A DNA stretch of 64,000 nucleotides from a virus (Duplodnaviria; Caudoviricetes): IMG/VR virus record IMGVR_UViG_3300032302_000065. One strand, given 5' to 3'. Of this stretch, positions 35,000 through 44,918 are shown in pieces. Every line of letters starts with the position of its first letter. The first letter of the stretch is position 1. The position numbers and the translations under genes were made by a program. The notes beneath the pieces were generated by a model. The model did no database searches and was not told the origin of the DNA. It saw only the letters and a list, made by a program, of their open reading frames with translations.

Positions 35000-37488
35000 G
35001 CGAAAAAACTCTCCAATGATGAAACACGTTCGGTCTTCCAACCAATTGTGTTTACGATTGTTTTTAATGGCTCAAGATATGCTTTATCAAACTGTGTGTC
35101 GTAGTCGATATATTTTTCTACGCCAAACTCTTTAGGCAAGACTGTAAGAATAGAAAATACATTTTCTTGAATCGGATTCGGAACTTTCATGTAACAGAAT
35201 TTAGTCTTATCACCATCTTGAATAAGTTGGTACTTCTTAGTCAGTTTATACTTTTTCAGAAACGCATTAAACATTATCGCACCACGCACATGCATAGGTG
35301 TGCCTTTTGAATATAGTTCCGTACTACCCATATATTTAGATAGGTCACTAACACCACGTGGAAATGCAATGTCTTCAAATGGAAGAGTTTTGAATTCTTG
35401 TTTGAATGCTTCAACAAAAGATTGAAACTCTTGTTCATTACCATTCATCACAATCTTCAAAGACTCTTTAATCTTCTCACGGCATGACATTGGTGTAGAA
35501 GACTTGACAGCTTCAATGCCCATCATCTTCAACTTTGGCTCTGCAAATTGAACACCCTCAGAATCATACACGTTTAGAATATAACGCTTCTTTGCAGTCC
35601 AGATGCCTTTGTTTGCAATGACCTCACGCTTCATCTGCATCTTCTGGTCAAATGCATTCATGTAGTCTGCTAGTTCTTGGTATGACTTGTCGATGAATGG
35701 TTCGAATTTTTCGATACATGCTTTGTTGACGAAATCAACAATCGTTTCAACTTTCGTTTCACTCTTCGATCCGTAGACCATAGTAACCAGCGGACCAAGA
35801 TTGACGTACACCGAGTCTGTATCTGACGCAATAACATAATCAATATCCTTAGTCTTCAATAGTTTGTTTAGATAACCATTCAACTTCATTTCAATCCATC
35901 GAATGGACAATTGACCAGACAGAGTAATTGCCTCTGCTTGTCGAATGTCAAAGAACCTAAAATATTGATTACCAAGTGCGCCATAAGCGGAGTTCAATTG
36001 TACTTTCTTTGCCAACTGCAAGTTCTTGTACTTTGAAATTTGATTTGATATTTCACGTTTACGTTCTTTATCAGTTTCTTTTTCGTAAGCCTTTTGAGCC
36101 TCAATCATTTTCTTTTTGTACAATGACCGATCATCATACATGCGTTGCATCATAGCAGGCAAGAAGCCTTGCTTGTCACGTTTGAAGTAATGTCCATTGG
36201 CTGCCATGCAATATTCACCAGATGCTTGATATTCGTTGTTCAGCAAATTATCAATAGAGATACTTGTGTGGCGACCTTCAACAATTGTTTCAGGTGAAAC
36301 GTTGTACTGCATAATCAAGTGTGGATACAATGAGTTCAAGTCAAACGACACAACCCATTCGTGCATACCAACGATTGGGTCTTTAACATAAGCGCCAGCA
36401 TACTGTTCATCTTTTGGTGTGCGAACATTCTGCGGTACGACAATCTTATCTTCAATCAATTCATTGTGAATCAAAGTATCCCACATACGTACTTGCGTAA
36501 ACACATCGGTGTAATTAACTTTGGCGTCATATGCAAGTGCAAGTGCCATATCAATCAATTGCATCTTAGCATCAATTCGATCCACAAGTTCAACGTCATG
36601 AATGTTATACTCAATAAACTTTTGAAAGTTTGTTCGGTATAACTGATGCAGACTTTCAACTTCAGAGTAGTCAAGTTTCTTCTCGCCGAGTTCAAGGAAC
36701 GCAATGTGATTAAGACTAAAACTTTCTTGTTGTGAGTAAGTAAATTTCTTGTACAATTCAATGTAATCAAGAATAGCGATACCTACCAAGTCAAATGCTG
36801 TTTGCTGTTTGTTGTGAATTGTAGTTGTACGTTCACCAATTCTACGGAATGGAGATAAACGCTTTGCAGTATTCTCGCCCATGAGTTTGTTGATACGATT
36901 GTGTAGATATGGAATATCAAAGAATTGAATGTTCCAACCAGTCACAATGTCTGGTGATGTTGATTCCCACATGTCAAGGAAACGCATGATAAGATTATTC
37001 TCATCACGACACATCATATATGTTACATCATCACGATAGTTATTAAACTCGCTACAACCAAACACATAGAAGTGTCCCGCTATCTTAAACGTGATGGCAG
37101 TAATTGGCTCAGACGCAGATGCAGGTTCAGGAAAGCCATTTTCAGAACCAACTTCAATGTCAATATTTGCAATTTTAATTTGTTGCGGATCATAATCTAC
37201 TTTGCCTGGATAGGCTTCATTAATATAAACGTATGGGAAGTTTGTTGAGCCATATACTTTGAAGTTATCAACGTCTTCATATCGTTTCATAAACTCAGTA
37301 GCATCACGCATTGTGCCTTGTGATACTGGCGCAACTGATTGTCCATCCAACGTTCTATAGTCACCATCTTTCGATGGTAAATATAGAGTTGGATTGTATT
37401 CAACTTTATCAATAAATTTCTTGCCGTTGTTATATCCACGAACAAGAATATGATTGCCAAGTTTAGAAAAGTGCGTATAAAATTTCAT
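34996..37488 (-). CDS. gp43: family B DNA polymerase
   Basis: DIEV exo I, SFDLNSLYP, KVQLNSAYG, SDTDS, KKRY; uninterrupted. Confidence 0.98.
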   Translation of the reverse strand: MKFYTHFSKLGNHILVRGYNNGKKFIDKVEYNPTLYLPSKDGDYRTLDGQSVAPVSQGTMRDATEFMKRYEDVDNFKVYGSTNFPYVYINEAYPGKVDYDPQQIKIANIDIEVGSENGFPEPASASEPITAITFKIAGHFYVFGCSEFNNYRDDVTYMMCRDENNLIMRFLDMWESTSPDIVTGWNIQFFDIPYLHNRINKLMGENTAKRLSPFRRIGERTTTIHNKQQTAFDLVGIAILDYIELYKKFTYSQQESFSLNHIAFLELGEKKLDYSEVESLHQLYRTNFQKFIEYNIHDVELVDRIDAKMQLIDMALALAYDAKVNYTDVFTQVRMWDTLIHNELIEDKIVVPQNVRTPKDEQYAGAYVKDPIVGMHEWVVSFDLNSLYPHLIMQYNVSPETIVEGRHTSISIDNLLNNEYQASGEYCMAANGHYFKRDKQGFLPAMMQRMYDDRSLYKKKMIEAQKAYEKETDKERKREISNQISKYKNLQLAKKVQLNSAYGALGNQYFRFFDIRQAEAITLSGQLSIRWIEMKLNGYLNKLLKTKDIDYVIASDTDSVYVNLGPLVTMVYGSKSETKVETIVDFVNKACIEKFEPFIDKSYQELADYMNAFDQKMQMKREVIANKGIWTAKKRYILNVYDSEGVQFAEPKLKMMGIEAVKSSTPMSCREKIKESLKIVMNGNEQEFQSFVEAFKQEFKTLPFEDIAFPRGVSDLSKYMGSTELYSKGTPMHVRGAIMFNAFLKKYKLTKKYQLIQDGDKTKFCYMKVPNPIQENVFSILTVLPKEFGVEKYIDYDTQFDKAYLEPLKTIVNTIGWKTERVSSLESFFA

Positions 37489-37790
37489 TAAACGATAATG
37501 GATTGTTGAGGCGGAACAACAATTCCTGAGCCATAAACTTCATTATACTTGTTTTTGATTTCATGTGCAACTGTTACGTTGTACAATACGTGAGAATTTT
37601 TGAGTTCTACCACTTTCTGTTCGGAGAACAAAAGCATTGGTTGCATCTGTAAACTTGCTTTGCCATTCGAACCCATTGCAATACCAAGAATGCATGGATT
37701 CTCAATTCGATATTTTTCTGGAGTTTCTTCTACAAGATCACCGACAATCTCTTCACCTGTTGTCAATTTCAAAATTCTTAAGTTTGCCAT
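37488..37790 (-). CDS. small Sm-like-fold hypothetical protein
   Basis: LKLTTGEEIVG...IENP pattern. Confidence 0.6.
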   Translation of the reverse strand: MANLRILKLTTGEEIVGDLVEETPEKYRIENPCILGIAMGSNGKASLQMQPMLLFSEQKVVELKNSHVLYNVTVAHEIKNKYNEVYGSGIVVPPQQSIIV

Positions 37791-37804
37791 TTTATATCCT
37801 ATAA

Positions 37805-37831
37805 TAAAAATGGGTGCCATTGCGGCACCCA
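37805..37831 (-). terminator. rho-independent terminator
   Basis: ATGGGTGCC-GCAAT-GGCACCCAT-TTTT on minus strand. Confidence 0.75.
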
Positions 37832-37856
37832 TCTGTTTACTTAAACAATGCGCTAA

Positions 37857-38018
37857 TCATAAAACACCTCTATTAGCAAGGATTTTTTGCCTACGTTCTA
37901 AATCCTGTTGATCTACAGATTTAGAAAGATAATATTCGGCATATCCTTTTGCTTGATAATTTCGTGCTTCTTGAATGCCTTCAATCAGAGCCATAAAAAA
38001 GTTCTTGATGTGTTTCAT
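37857..38018 (-). CDS. small protein, DUF3563-like (53 aa)
   Basis: ...EYYLSKSVDQQDLERRQK; GAGG RBS, ATGA overlap with hsp20; not in ORF track. Confidence 0.55.
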   Translation of the reverse strand: MKHIKNFFMALIEGIQEARNYQAKGYAEYYLSKSVDQQDLERRQKILANRGVL

Positions 38019-38530
38019 AGATCATCCTCAGTCAAATATTGCTGAGATGATTTTTTAGTTTTGGGAGTAACAGTATCAACTGTATCCTTAACTTCAATCT
38101 TCTTAGGCTTTTTGTGTTCCGGAATGATTCGTTCCAAAGCAATCTTCAACATGCCATTAATCAAAGCGGCATCTTGAATTTCGATTTGTTCATCAAGTGC
38201 AAATGTACGAGTGAATGCACGATTTGCAATTCCTTTAAACAAGAAATTATCGTTATCATCTTTTGTATTACCAGAAACGATAAGTTTATTATCTTCTAGT
38301 GTGATATCGATTTCTTGTTTACCAAAACCAGCAACAGCAATTTCGATGACGTAAGTATTGTCACCAGTCTTGCGAATGTTGTATGGTGGATAGTTTGGAA
38401 TGTTTTTAGTTAGATCATCATGAATTTTTGCGAGTTTATTGAATTGATCGTCAAACCCAACAAAAAATTTATCAAAGTCTTTAAAGCCTGCACCTGCGAA
38501 AAGTGCGGGAATTGGAGTATGATTACCCAT
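38015..38530 (-). CDS. small heat shock protein (IbpA/Hsp20)
   Basis: FVGFD, NYPPYNI, IEIAVAGF, KGIANRAFTRTF, NGMLKI. Confidence 0.95.
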   Translation of the reverse strand: MGNHTPIPALFAGAGFKDFDKFFVGFDDQFNKLAKIHDDLTKNIPNYPPYNIRKTGDNTYVIEIAVAGFGKQEIDITLEDNKLIVSGNTKDDNDNFLFKGIANRAFTRTFALDEQIEIQDAALINGMLKIALERIIPEHKKPKKIEVKDTVDTVTPKTKKSSQQYLTEDDL

Positions 38531-38555
38531 AGTTTTGCTCCTTATTAAGCGAGTT
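38531..38555 (-). promoter_or_regulatory. ROSE-like RNA thermometer hairpin
   Basis: CUCGCUU-AAU-AAGGAG pairs the SD with a bulged G, directly upstream of hsp20. Confidence 0.65.
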
Positions 38556-38567
38556 AAAAATAAAATT

Positions 38568-38685
38568 TGATACCCCGAAGGCATATCATTAATCCTGCTT
38601 ACTGCATACAGGGACACCATAACGTTGTGTCAGCGTTAGACGCTCCTAAGGTAGAAGAGCCATTTACGTTCCCATCCCTGAGATA
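38568..38685 (-). ncRNA. putative structured RNA in hsp20 leader
   Basis: four hairpins including a cUUCGg tetraloop, downstream of TATAAATA at 38690-38697. Confidence 0.45.
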
Positions 38686-38689
38686 CGTT

Positions 38690-38697
38690 TATTTATA
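38690..38697 (-). promoter_or_regulatory. T4 late promoter
   Basis: TATAAATA on minus strand. Confidence 0.7.
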
Positions 38698-38701
38698 AGG
38701 C

Positions 38702-38929
38702 TTAAGCCTGTCCAACCATTCTGCGTGAAACAAAATATGTTGTGTTACCTTCTGTGTTCATATTCTTACGAATCTTGAAACCTGCTTGGCGCAAGTCGCT
38801 GATACGGGCACGAAGGTTTTTGATGCCAAACAAAGACCGTGCTTGTGGTGCAGAGATTCCACGACCAGTACCACGCAAGTATGATACCAAGAGTTCTGTC
38901 TGTGTTTTGCTAGAATTTACAAATGCCAT
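38702..38929 (-). CDS. winged helix-turn-helix protein
   Basis: ISAPQARSLFGIKNLRARISDLRQAGFKI. Confidence 0.8.
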   Translation of the reverse strand: MAFVNSSKTQTELLVSYLRGTGRGISAPQARSLFGIKNLRARISDLRQAGFKIRKNMNTEGNTTYFVSRRMVGQA

Positions 38930-38970
38930 TTTAAATACCTCATCAAATAATGATAAAAAATTACTAAGAA

Positions 38971-39192
38971 TTATTTCTTAGCGGTTGATGTAGCCTCTGC
39001 TTTTTTTGCGGCTTTCTCTTTTGGAGTAATCACTTTGGGATGTGGTTTCTCTTTTTTGGAGTCTGCTTTAGCGGCAGGTGCTGATGCTGTTGTTGCAGGC
39101 GCAGGTTTTGTTTCTGCTGGTTTGTCTGCCGCAACGGCAACTAGGGAGAGAGTAGTCAATGCTACTGATGTCAATACTTTCATGGATTTCAT
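38971..39192 (-). CDS. small secreted Pro/Ala/Lys-rich protein
   Basis: AGGAG RBS; signal peptide ..LVAVA|ADK; low-complexity PAK body. Confidence 0.7.
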   Translation of the reverse strand: MKSMKVLTSVALTTLSLVAVAADKPAETKPAPATTASAPAAKADSKKEKPHPKVITPKEKAAKKAEATSTAKK

Positions 39193-39272
39193 AGAATCTC
39201 CTAATTTAGTTTGAGATAACATTATCTCATATAATATAACGTTTGTCAAGCTATTTTTGTTGACAAATTTAT

Positions 39273-39716
39273 TTATGTCATTTTTTTCAATGCGGCTCTA
39301 AGCATCCATGCATGTTTAATAAATGATTCCTGACGTTCGGCCATGAAGTTACTAATGTGATGCAAATGTACTTGTTCTGCAAGTTCATATGTACGTTCGA
39401 CACTTGCCAACATGATAGAAGTATCATCTAATAATCTTTGTAACATCACTTCTGCTGGAGGAACAGATTCATCACCCTGAATCTGTGATAATTGAATGAA
39501 TCGATTAAAACTCCCTGGAGCATATGCATCACATCCACGAATCTCTTCCGCAATTTGGTCTACTGCACCATAAACTTCTTCATACATTGCTTCTAAGAAT
39601 TTATGATATTGAGGAAAATTTGGACCACTAATATTCCAATGATAGTAGTGAGTTTTCAGATAGAATGCATAGTGATTTGCTAAAGTTACTTTTAGCGATT
39701 GTATTAATTCATCCAT
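39273..39716 (-). CDS. dps: Dps/ferritin-like DNA protection protein
   Basis: KTHYYHWNISGPNF..H..LE..Y, D.IAE.IR, K.AWML. Confidence 0.92.
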   Translation of the reverse strand: MDELIQSLKVTLANHYAFYLKTHYYHWNISGPNFPQYHKFLEAMYEEVYGAVDQIAEEIRGCDAYAPGSFNRFIQLSQIQGDESVPPAEVMLQRLLDDTSIMLASVERTYELAEQVHLHHISNFMAERQESFIKHAWMLRAALKKMT

Positions 39717-39717
39717 T

Positions 39718-40125
39718 TTAATCTCTCTTTTTGCTTCCGATATTGTATTTTGCTGTTAATAACCAATCGTCTTTTTCTTTATAAGAGATAATTTTGATTT
39801 GAGATAACGGCGCAATTGGTTGTTCTACATTTGTGGGTTTATTTATAATCTCAATAAGACCCCATTCGGCTAACAATTTTGCTATTGTGTTACGTCTTGC
39901 TAAATCATTCTCTTCAAAATCAGTTGGTTTGCCATCTAATGCAAATAACTCTTTAAAATGTACAATATAATATTTACCTTTTTTATGTAAAATATGACAC
40001 GATTGATATAACGTTTTATCTTTGCGAGATGCAACTCCAATACGGGTTAGTGTTTCTTTTACTTTTAAAAAATCGTCTTCTTGTTTTAATCTTACTTCAA
40101 GTAAGTCTTCAATGTTCACCGCCAT
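39718..40125 (-). CDS. regA: translational repressor
   Basis: DDFLKVKETLTRIG, LYQSCHILHKKG.YYIVHFKELF. Confidence 0.97.
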   Translation of the reverse strand: MAVNIEDLLEVRLKQEDDFLKVKETLTRIGVASRKDKTLYQSCHILHKKGKYYIVHFKELFALDGKPTDFEENDLARRNTIAKLLAEWGLIEIINKPTNVEQPIAPLSQIKIISYKEKDDWLLTAKYNIGSKKRD

Positions 40126-40528
40126 TCTTTTTCTCCTTAGACTTCAATCCACCTTTTTCTAGTTTTTGTCGCATGATTTTAAGTTGGTCTGAGGTTATGA
40201 GATTCTGTACTTGTTTAGCCTTAGCGTAACTATAGCCAAAATATTCTGAAATCACATTAATATTCTCTACCACTTCATTCTTAAACCATTTACTGAACCT
40301 TTTTTTAGGCCTGATGGTATTTAGTAAATACAAAAACTGTGGTTTATTGTCCAAGAAATGACGCATATTCATTTCATTTGAATATAGGATTGTGTCTGGA
40401 AAGTAAGATAGTCCTTTATTAACGATATATGGATTGTAAGATTTTTCTGCAAGTTCATCATTGTCAGTACCAACCATCATATTTTCTTTCGATTGGTTGA
40501 TAGCATTTAAATAGTCAAATGGTGTCAT
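40109..40528 (-). CDS. gp62: clamp loader small subunit
   Basis: PFDYLNAIN, YNPYIVNKGLS, KRFSKW; position. Confidence 0.9.
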   Translation of the reverse strand: MTPFDYLNAINQSKENMMVGTDNDELAEKSYNPYIVNKGLSYFPDTILYSNEMNMRHFLDNKPQFLYLLNTIRPKKRFSKWFKNEVVENINVISEYFGYSYAKAKQVQNLITSDQLKIMRQKLEKGGLKSKEKKNGGEH

Positions 40529-41463
40529 TTGAATTCGCAGTCCATCATTGCTTCAGTCAAGAATGCAACAAAATTAATTTCTTGATCGGCAACAAATGCA
40601 GACTTGTATTGATATTCAGCAAGCATTAATACCATGCGTGGAACAGAATCTGGTACCAAGTATTCATTGGTATTGTCAAATATTCTTTTGAATAGAACGG
40701 ATGGTTCATTGTCAAGATTCTCTGCAACCCACTTACGCATACCAGTAAAGTCTTTTGCTTTCAGTTTTTCTGTTAATGCCTTGAAATTGTCACTTGAAAT
40801 ATTTGCAAGAATTCCAGTATCAATCTTACCTGTGGCCGCATAACGTTGTAGTTCATTAAGAACACGCCTCCAATCGGGGAAGTGTTTCATAATAAGTTCA
40901 GCAACAACTTTATCTTCAAACTCAATATTTTCTTTTTGCAAAATGCCAGTCACACGTTTCATAAAACGACCAGCAAGTTTTGGCTTATCAGAATTGGTTA
41001 TCTTAAAGTGTACAACAGAGCATCGGCTGTGAAGAGGGGCGATGATACGATTGAGAAAGTTGCAAGTAAGGATAAAACCACAATTAGCAGAAAACTCTTC
41101 CATGAAGTTCCGTAATGCGGGTTGAGTAGATTGAGGATTAAGGTAATCAGCTTCATCAAGTATGACATATTTTCTTCCGCCAGAAAATGAAACGGTTGAT
41201 GCAAAGTTTTTAATTTCATTGCGTAGTGTATCGATGTTTCCGTTCATCGATCCGTTAATAACAATATAAGTACATCCAAGTTCTTCAAGCATAGCCCTAG
41301 CGATGGTAGTCTTACCAACGCCAGGACCGCCTGTAAGAATTAGATTTGGTACATTTTTATCGTCAACAAATTTTTGAAATGTTGCTTTCATATCTGCTGG
41401 AAGAATTGTATCTTCAACAGTTTGAGGACGATATTTTTCTACCCACAAATAATCTTGTAGCAT
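40525..41463 (-). CDS. gp44: clamp loader AAA+ subunit
   Basis: LWVEKYRP, GPGVGKTT, ILDEAD, SRC. Confidence 0.97.
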   Translation of the reverse strand: MLQDYLWVEKYRPQTVEDTILPADMKATFQKFVDDKNVPNLILTGGPGVGKTTIARAMLEELGCTYIVINGSMNGNIDTLRNEIKNFASTVSFSGGRKYVILDEADYLNPQSTQPALRNFMEEFSANCGFILTCNFLNRIIAPLHSRCSVVHFKITNSDKPKLAGRFMKRVTGILQKENIEFEDKVVAELIMKHFPDWRRVLNELQRYAATGKIDTGILANISSDNFKALTEKLKAKDFTGMRKWVAENLDNEPSVLFKRIFDNTNEYLVPDSVPRMVLMLAEYQYKSAFVADQEINFVAFLTEAMMDCEFK

Positions 41464-41530
41464 GTGTTCACCTTATCATAACATAAAAAATATATTCTAA
41501 CACATTGCATGTTAGAATGCAAGCTGAGTG

Positions 41531-41791
41531 TTACTTAGCAACACTCTCATAAAGGGTCTCAACGTCATCTTGTTCTTGTTGGACCTCGGTGAAGTTTTGT
41601 TTGTGATAAATTTTTGCAAGTTTGCGAGTATACTTTTTAGGCAACTCAAATTTATCTTCAACTGTAGTGAGAATATCTTTAATCAAATCACGCTCTGCTT
41701 CAATGCGAGTTAGTGATGAGGAGATTTCTACAAGTGCATCCAGAATTTTTTTACGGTCTTCTGGAGAAGACGGAACAATCACATTACTCAT
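41531..41791 (-). CDS. dsbA: T4 DsbA-like dsDNA-binding protein
   Basis: RIEAERDLIKDI...KLAKIYHKQNF...LYE. Confidence 0.75.
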   Translation of the reverse strand: MSNVIVPSSPEDRKKILDALVEISSSLTRIEAERDLIKDILTTVEDKFELPKKYTRKLAKIYHKQNFTEVQQEQDDVETLYESVAK

Positions 41792-41795
41792 AATA

Positions 41796-42467
41796 TTAAC
41801 CCTCGTACTTAGAACCAGCTTCAGTAGCAATCCAATATTCAATTGGGTCTGTGCTGTGCTTGAAATGCGAAATACCCTTTGATGAAATTGCAACATCATA
41901 TGTGCCGGGAATCATCTTCAAGTTTTCTGTATTGAAAATCATTTTGAAATTGGATGAAGTCTCACCAACTTTGATGGAGAAATTATCAGAGTCAGTATTC
42001 TTAACATCAAGTGCAGAGATAGAGATTTCAGAACCATCACCAACAACTGCAATGTTTGGAAGACCCAAGATGCCAGACAACTTCAATACTTGATTCAAAT
42101 CGTCTTTTGTCAGTCGAAAATTCACTTCCGCATTTTCTACTTTAATCTCTTTTGCTGGCGGTGCTACAATCATAGACTCATCAGAAAGTCCGTATGTAGT
42201 TTTTGAAGAGCCAGACTTGATTGTCAGATTCTTTGCGGCACTATTAATTGCGATTTCGGGATCGATAAGAGAACCAACCAAACCCAAAAAGCGATTCAAG
42301 TCATAGATAACAAAGTCACTATCAAATGTTTCTGTTACTGTAGCTTTACCCAAAACGTTTTGTTGTTTTGAAATAGTACGAATAACGTTTCCGCTTTTGA
42401 TTAGCATACCGGAGTTAATGTTAGAGAAATTCTTTAACACATTGATTGTTGATTCACTTAGTTTCAT
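41796..42467 (-). CDS. gp45: sliding clamp
   Basis: MKLSESTINVLKNFSNIN, IYDLNRFL, ENLKMIPG.YDV. Confidence 0.95.
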   Translation of the reverse strand: MKLSESTINVLKNFSNINSGMLIKSGNVIRTISKQQNVLGKATVTETFDSDFVIYDLNRFLGLVGSLIDPEIAINSAAKNLTIKSGSSKTTYGLSDESMIVAPPAKEIKVENAEVNFRLTKDDLNQVLKLSGILGLPNIAVVGDGSEISISALDVKNTDSDNFSIKVGETSSNFKMIFNTENLKMIPGTYDVAISSKGISHFKHSTDPIEYWIATEAGSKYEG

Positions 42468-42741
42468 TTTGTTTTCCTTCATTCAAGTCATGTACGTGTA
42501 GCATGATTATAGCATAGTGTAAAATTTTTAGCAAGTCTTTACGATTGCGTCCGTCTTTCTTGCCATACCTTTGTGCATATTTCAGCACGTTCCCAATACA
42601 GAATCCTTCACCGTGGCCACCATCGATGATGAATTCTGTTGCTTGGAATTTGTCACGGGAATAATGTTGCCCGTATGTTGCATCAATATAAGACTTCAGT
42701 TCTTCCAAAGTCTTATCTTCATTATAACGATAATCTATCAT
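42454..42741 (-). CDS. DUF3310 (SaV-like) protein
   Basis: HY...GFCIGNVLKYAQRYGKK...DLLKILHY. Confidence 0.8.
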   Translation of the reverse strand: MIDYRYNEDKTLEELKSYIDATYGQHYSRDKFQATEFIIDGGHGEGFCIGNVLKYAQRYGKKDGRNRKDLLKILHYAIIMLHVHDLNEGKQNETK

Positions 42742-43592
42742 GACAATGTAGATTCTCTTTTAGGAACATTATTTCCCGCAGTAGGTGATGCATTAATTGC
42801 GGCTAATGCTTGAAGAGAACCACCAAAGATATAACTACCAGCATGTTTCAAACGTAACCATGGAAGCAACCAAATCTTTCCGCCAGCTTTACGCATCCAT
42901 TGACAGAACATATAATCTTCTGAAAGATAACGTTTTGTATCTGGACAAATAACACAATCAAAGTATGCCATGATTTCTCTACTACCATCAAAGTTTACTG
43001 TACGTGCATGATCCGGTTTATAACTTTGCATTGGGAATGCTTTGTCAAATTTTTCCAATGCGCTACGCTTAATCATCATAAATCCAGTTCCAGATTCTTT
43101 CACTTCAACTGGCTCATCTACTCGGAATGAAGTTTGATTATCCGCAGGATTAAAAACAAAGTCACCAACAAACTCTTCCAATTGATTTGGATTATTATCT
43201 GCATATCCTTTATCAACTGCGGATTTAATTTTCTCCCAAGAAATTGCTTTCTTTGGATATGGTCCACAAATAACATCCATATCATCACGTTCAACTGCGT
43301 AATGCATCATAACAAAAATATCTTGTGCATCAAAGTGAATATCGCTATCGATAAACATCATCAAGTCATATCCACTACGTACAAATTCATCTGTCAAATA
43401 ATTTCTAGCACGTTGCACTAGAGACTCATTAAAAATGAAAAACAACTTAGCTTCAACTCCATACTTTGTGCATAGTGTCATCAAGTCTGCGATTGCTTTA
43501 GTATAAGAACCGTGGCATTGTCCACCATACATTGGTGTCGCAATGAACAATTTTTTTTCTCTTAGCTTACCAATATCAATTTCAAATTGCAT
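42738..43592 (-). CDS. GT-A-fold glycosyltransferase-like protein
   Basis: FIATPMYGG, RARN, FIDSDI, GTGFMMI, LSEDYMFC. Confidence 0.65.
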   Translation of the reverse strand: MQFEIDIGKLREKKLFIATPMYGGQCHGSYTKAIADLMTLCTKYGVEAKLFFIFNESLVQRARNYLTDEFVRSGYDLMMFIDSDIHFDAQDIFVMMHYAVERDDMDVICGPYPKKAISWEKIKSAVDKGYADNNPNQLEEFVGDFVFNPADNQTSFRVDEPVEVKESGTGFMMIKRSALEKFDKAFPMQSYKPDHARTVNFDGSREIMAYFDCVICPDTKRYLSEDYMFCQWMRKAGGKIWLLPWLRLKHAGSYIFGGSLQALAAINASPTAGNNVPKRESTLS

Positions 43593-43635
43593 AATTTCTC
43601 CATATTATTAAAAGTTTGCATGTGTTATATATGTA

Positions 43636-43664
43636 TAAAAAAAGAGGCTACTTTACGTAGCCTC
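43636..43664 (-). terminator. rho-independent terminator
   Basis: GAGGCTAC-GTAAA-GTAGCCTC-TTTTTTT on minus strand. Confidence 0.8.
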
Positions 43665-43687
43665 AAAGGCATTACTGCCAAGGAGAT

Positions 43688-44875
43688 TTAGAACACTTCA
43701 TGATCAACTGCTGGCGCAGGTGTCACTTCCGCAGTAGGGTCGATACCCGCATCAATCTTGGTATACAAATCAAGGAATGATGTTTTGGTTTCTGCATCAA
43801 AGCGGTTGATACAGTACTTGATTGCATCCATCTTATCGTTGAAGATAGTGTATGCCTCGGCAATGTGAGACAAACGGCGAGTAGAAATCAATTCATCGAT
43901 AGCACCTTCTTCGAAAGTCTTACGAATGATATCAGCCCACTTCACAAGATTCTCTGCGAATGCTTTGTCATCAATACCAAGGCTGGTAAACAACTTAGTC
44001 AAAATCTTTGTTTCGATTTTAACATCAGGATATTCCTGTTCTACAGTAATTGGGAAACGCTCAAGAAACGCATCATCAAGAATTGTAGCGGCCATGTAAC
44101 GACCAGATTCATCACCTTTACCTTTAGTATTGGCGGTAGCGATAACGTTGAAACCTGTAACTGGTTCAACAAACTCACCAGTCTTCTTAACGAACAAACC
44201 TTTGCCTTCAAGTACACCTTGCAAACACATTAGTTTATTTGAACCACGATCAATTTCATCAAGAATCAAAACAGCGCCAGACTTCATTGCTTGAACAACT
44301 GGACCATCAAACCATTTTGTCTCACCGTCAATCAAACGGAAGCCACCAATCAAATCATCTTCATCAGTCTCTGGTGAAATATTCACACGGAGACATTCAG
44401 TCTTCAATTGGGCACATGCCTGTTCGACCATGAAGGTCTTGCCGTTACCAGAGAGACCAGAAACGAATACTGGATAAAATTTCTTCGATGCAACAATGCG
44501 TTTCATGTTGTCAAAGAATCCAAAAGGAACGTATAAAGAATTCACTTTAGGAATAATTGCACCTTCTTGCATACGTGCAACGGAAGACATTTTTGCTACT
44601 GCCTTTGCAACAGGAGCCTTGATAGGTTCGGAGATTGGCATAGAGGGAACTGGAGTGGATTGCACTAGTGCGAGACCAGCCATGTTAACGTTAAATTCTT
44701 GGAGGGGCAACTGATACTTGCCACGACCAACTCGGTACTGGTCGGCTTCAAGCCAGAACTGGCGCTTGGTGCCAGTCTCTTCAGAAAGTGTCACCAATTG
44801 TTGGCGGGTTACAATGGCACCGAAACGTTTGGCGGCTTCGGTAACGAATGCAACTTTTTCACTTTGCGTAATCAT
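43688..44875 (-). CDS. MoxR/CobS-like AAA+ ATPase
   Basis: GLSGNGKT, LILDEID, ATANTKG, AFLERF, STRRL. Confidence 0.9.
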   Translation of the reverse strand: MITQSEKVAFVTEAAKRFGAIVTRQQLVTLSEETGTKRQFWLEADQYRVGRGKYQLPLQEFNVNMAGLALVQSTPVPSMPISEPIKAPVAKAVAKMSSVARMQEGAIIPKVNSLYVPFGFFDNMKRIVASKKFYPVFVSGLSGNGKTFMVEQACAQLKTECLRVNISPETDEDDLIGGFRLIDGETKWFDGPVVQAMKSGAVLILDEIDRGSNKLMCLQGVLEGKGLFVKKTGEFVEPVTGFNVIATANTKGKGDESGRYMAATILDDAFLERFPITVEQEYPDVKIETKILTKLFTSLGIDDKAFAENLVKWADIIRKTFEEGAIDELISTRRLSHIAEAYTIFNDKMDAIKYCINRFDAETKTSFLDLYTKIDAGIDPTAEVTPAPAVDHEVF

Positions 44876-44918
44876 AATATAATTTGCCTTTCAGTTAAAA
44901 ATCAATTTCAATACTAGT

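Noticed and set aside
14589-37488. Introns or inteins in nrdA, thyX, gp61, gp41, uvsX, gp43
   Set aside because: All are continuous ORFs of normal length with no splicing motifs.
41792-41899. N-terminal extension of DsbA overlapping gp45 (similar extensions on hsp20, dCMP deaminase, 34595-35041)
   Set aside because: Internal ATGs with an RBS or ATGA coupling give conventional starts; no evidence of frameshift or fusion.
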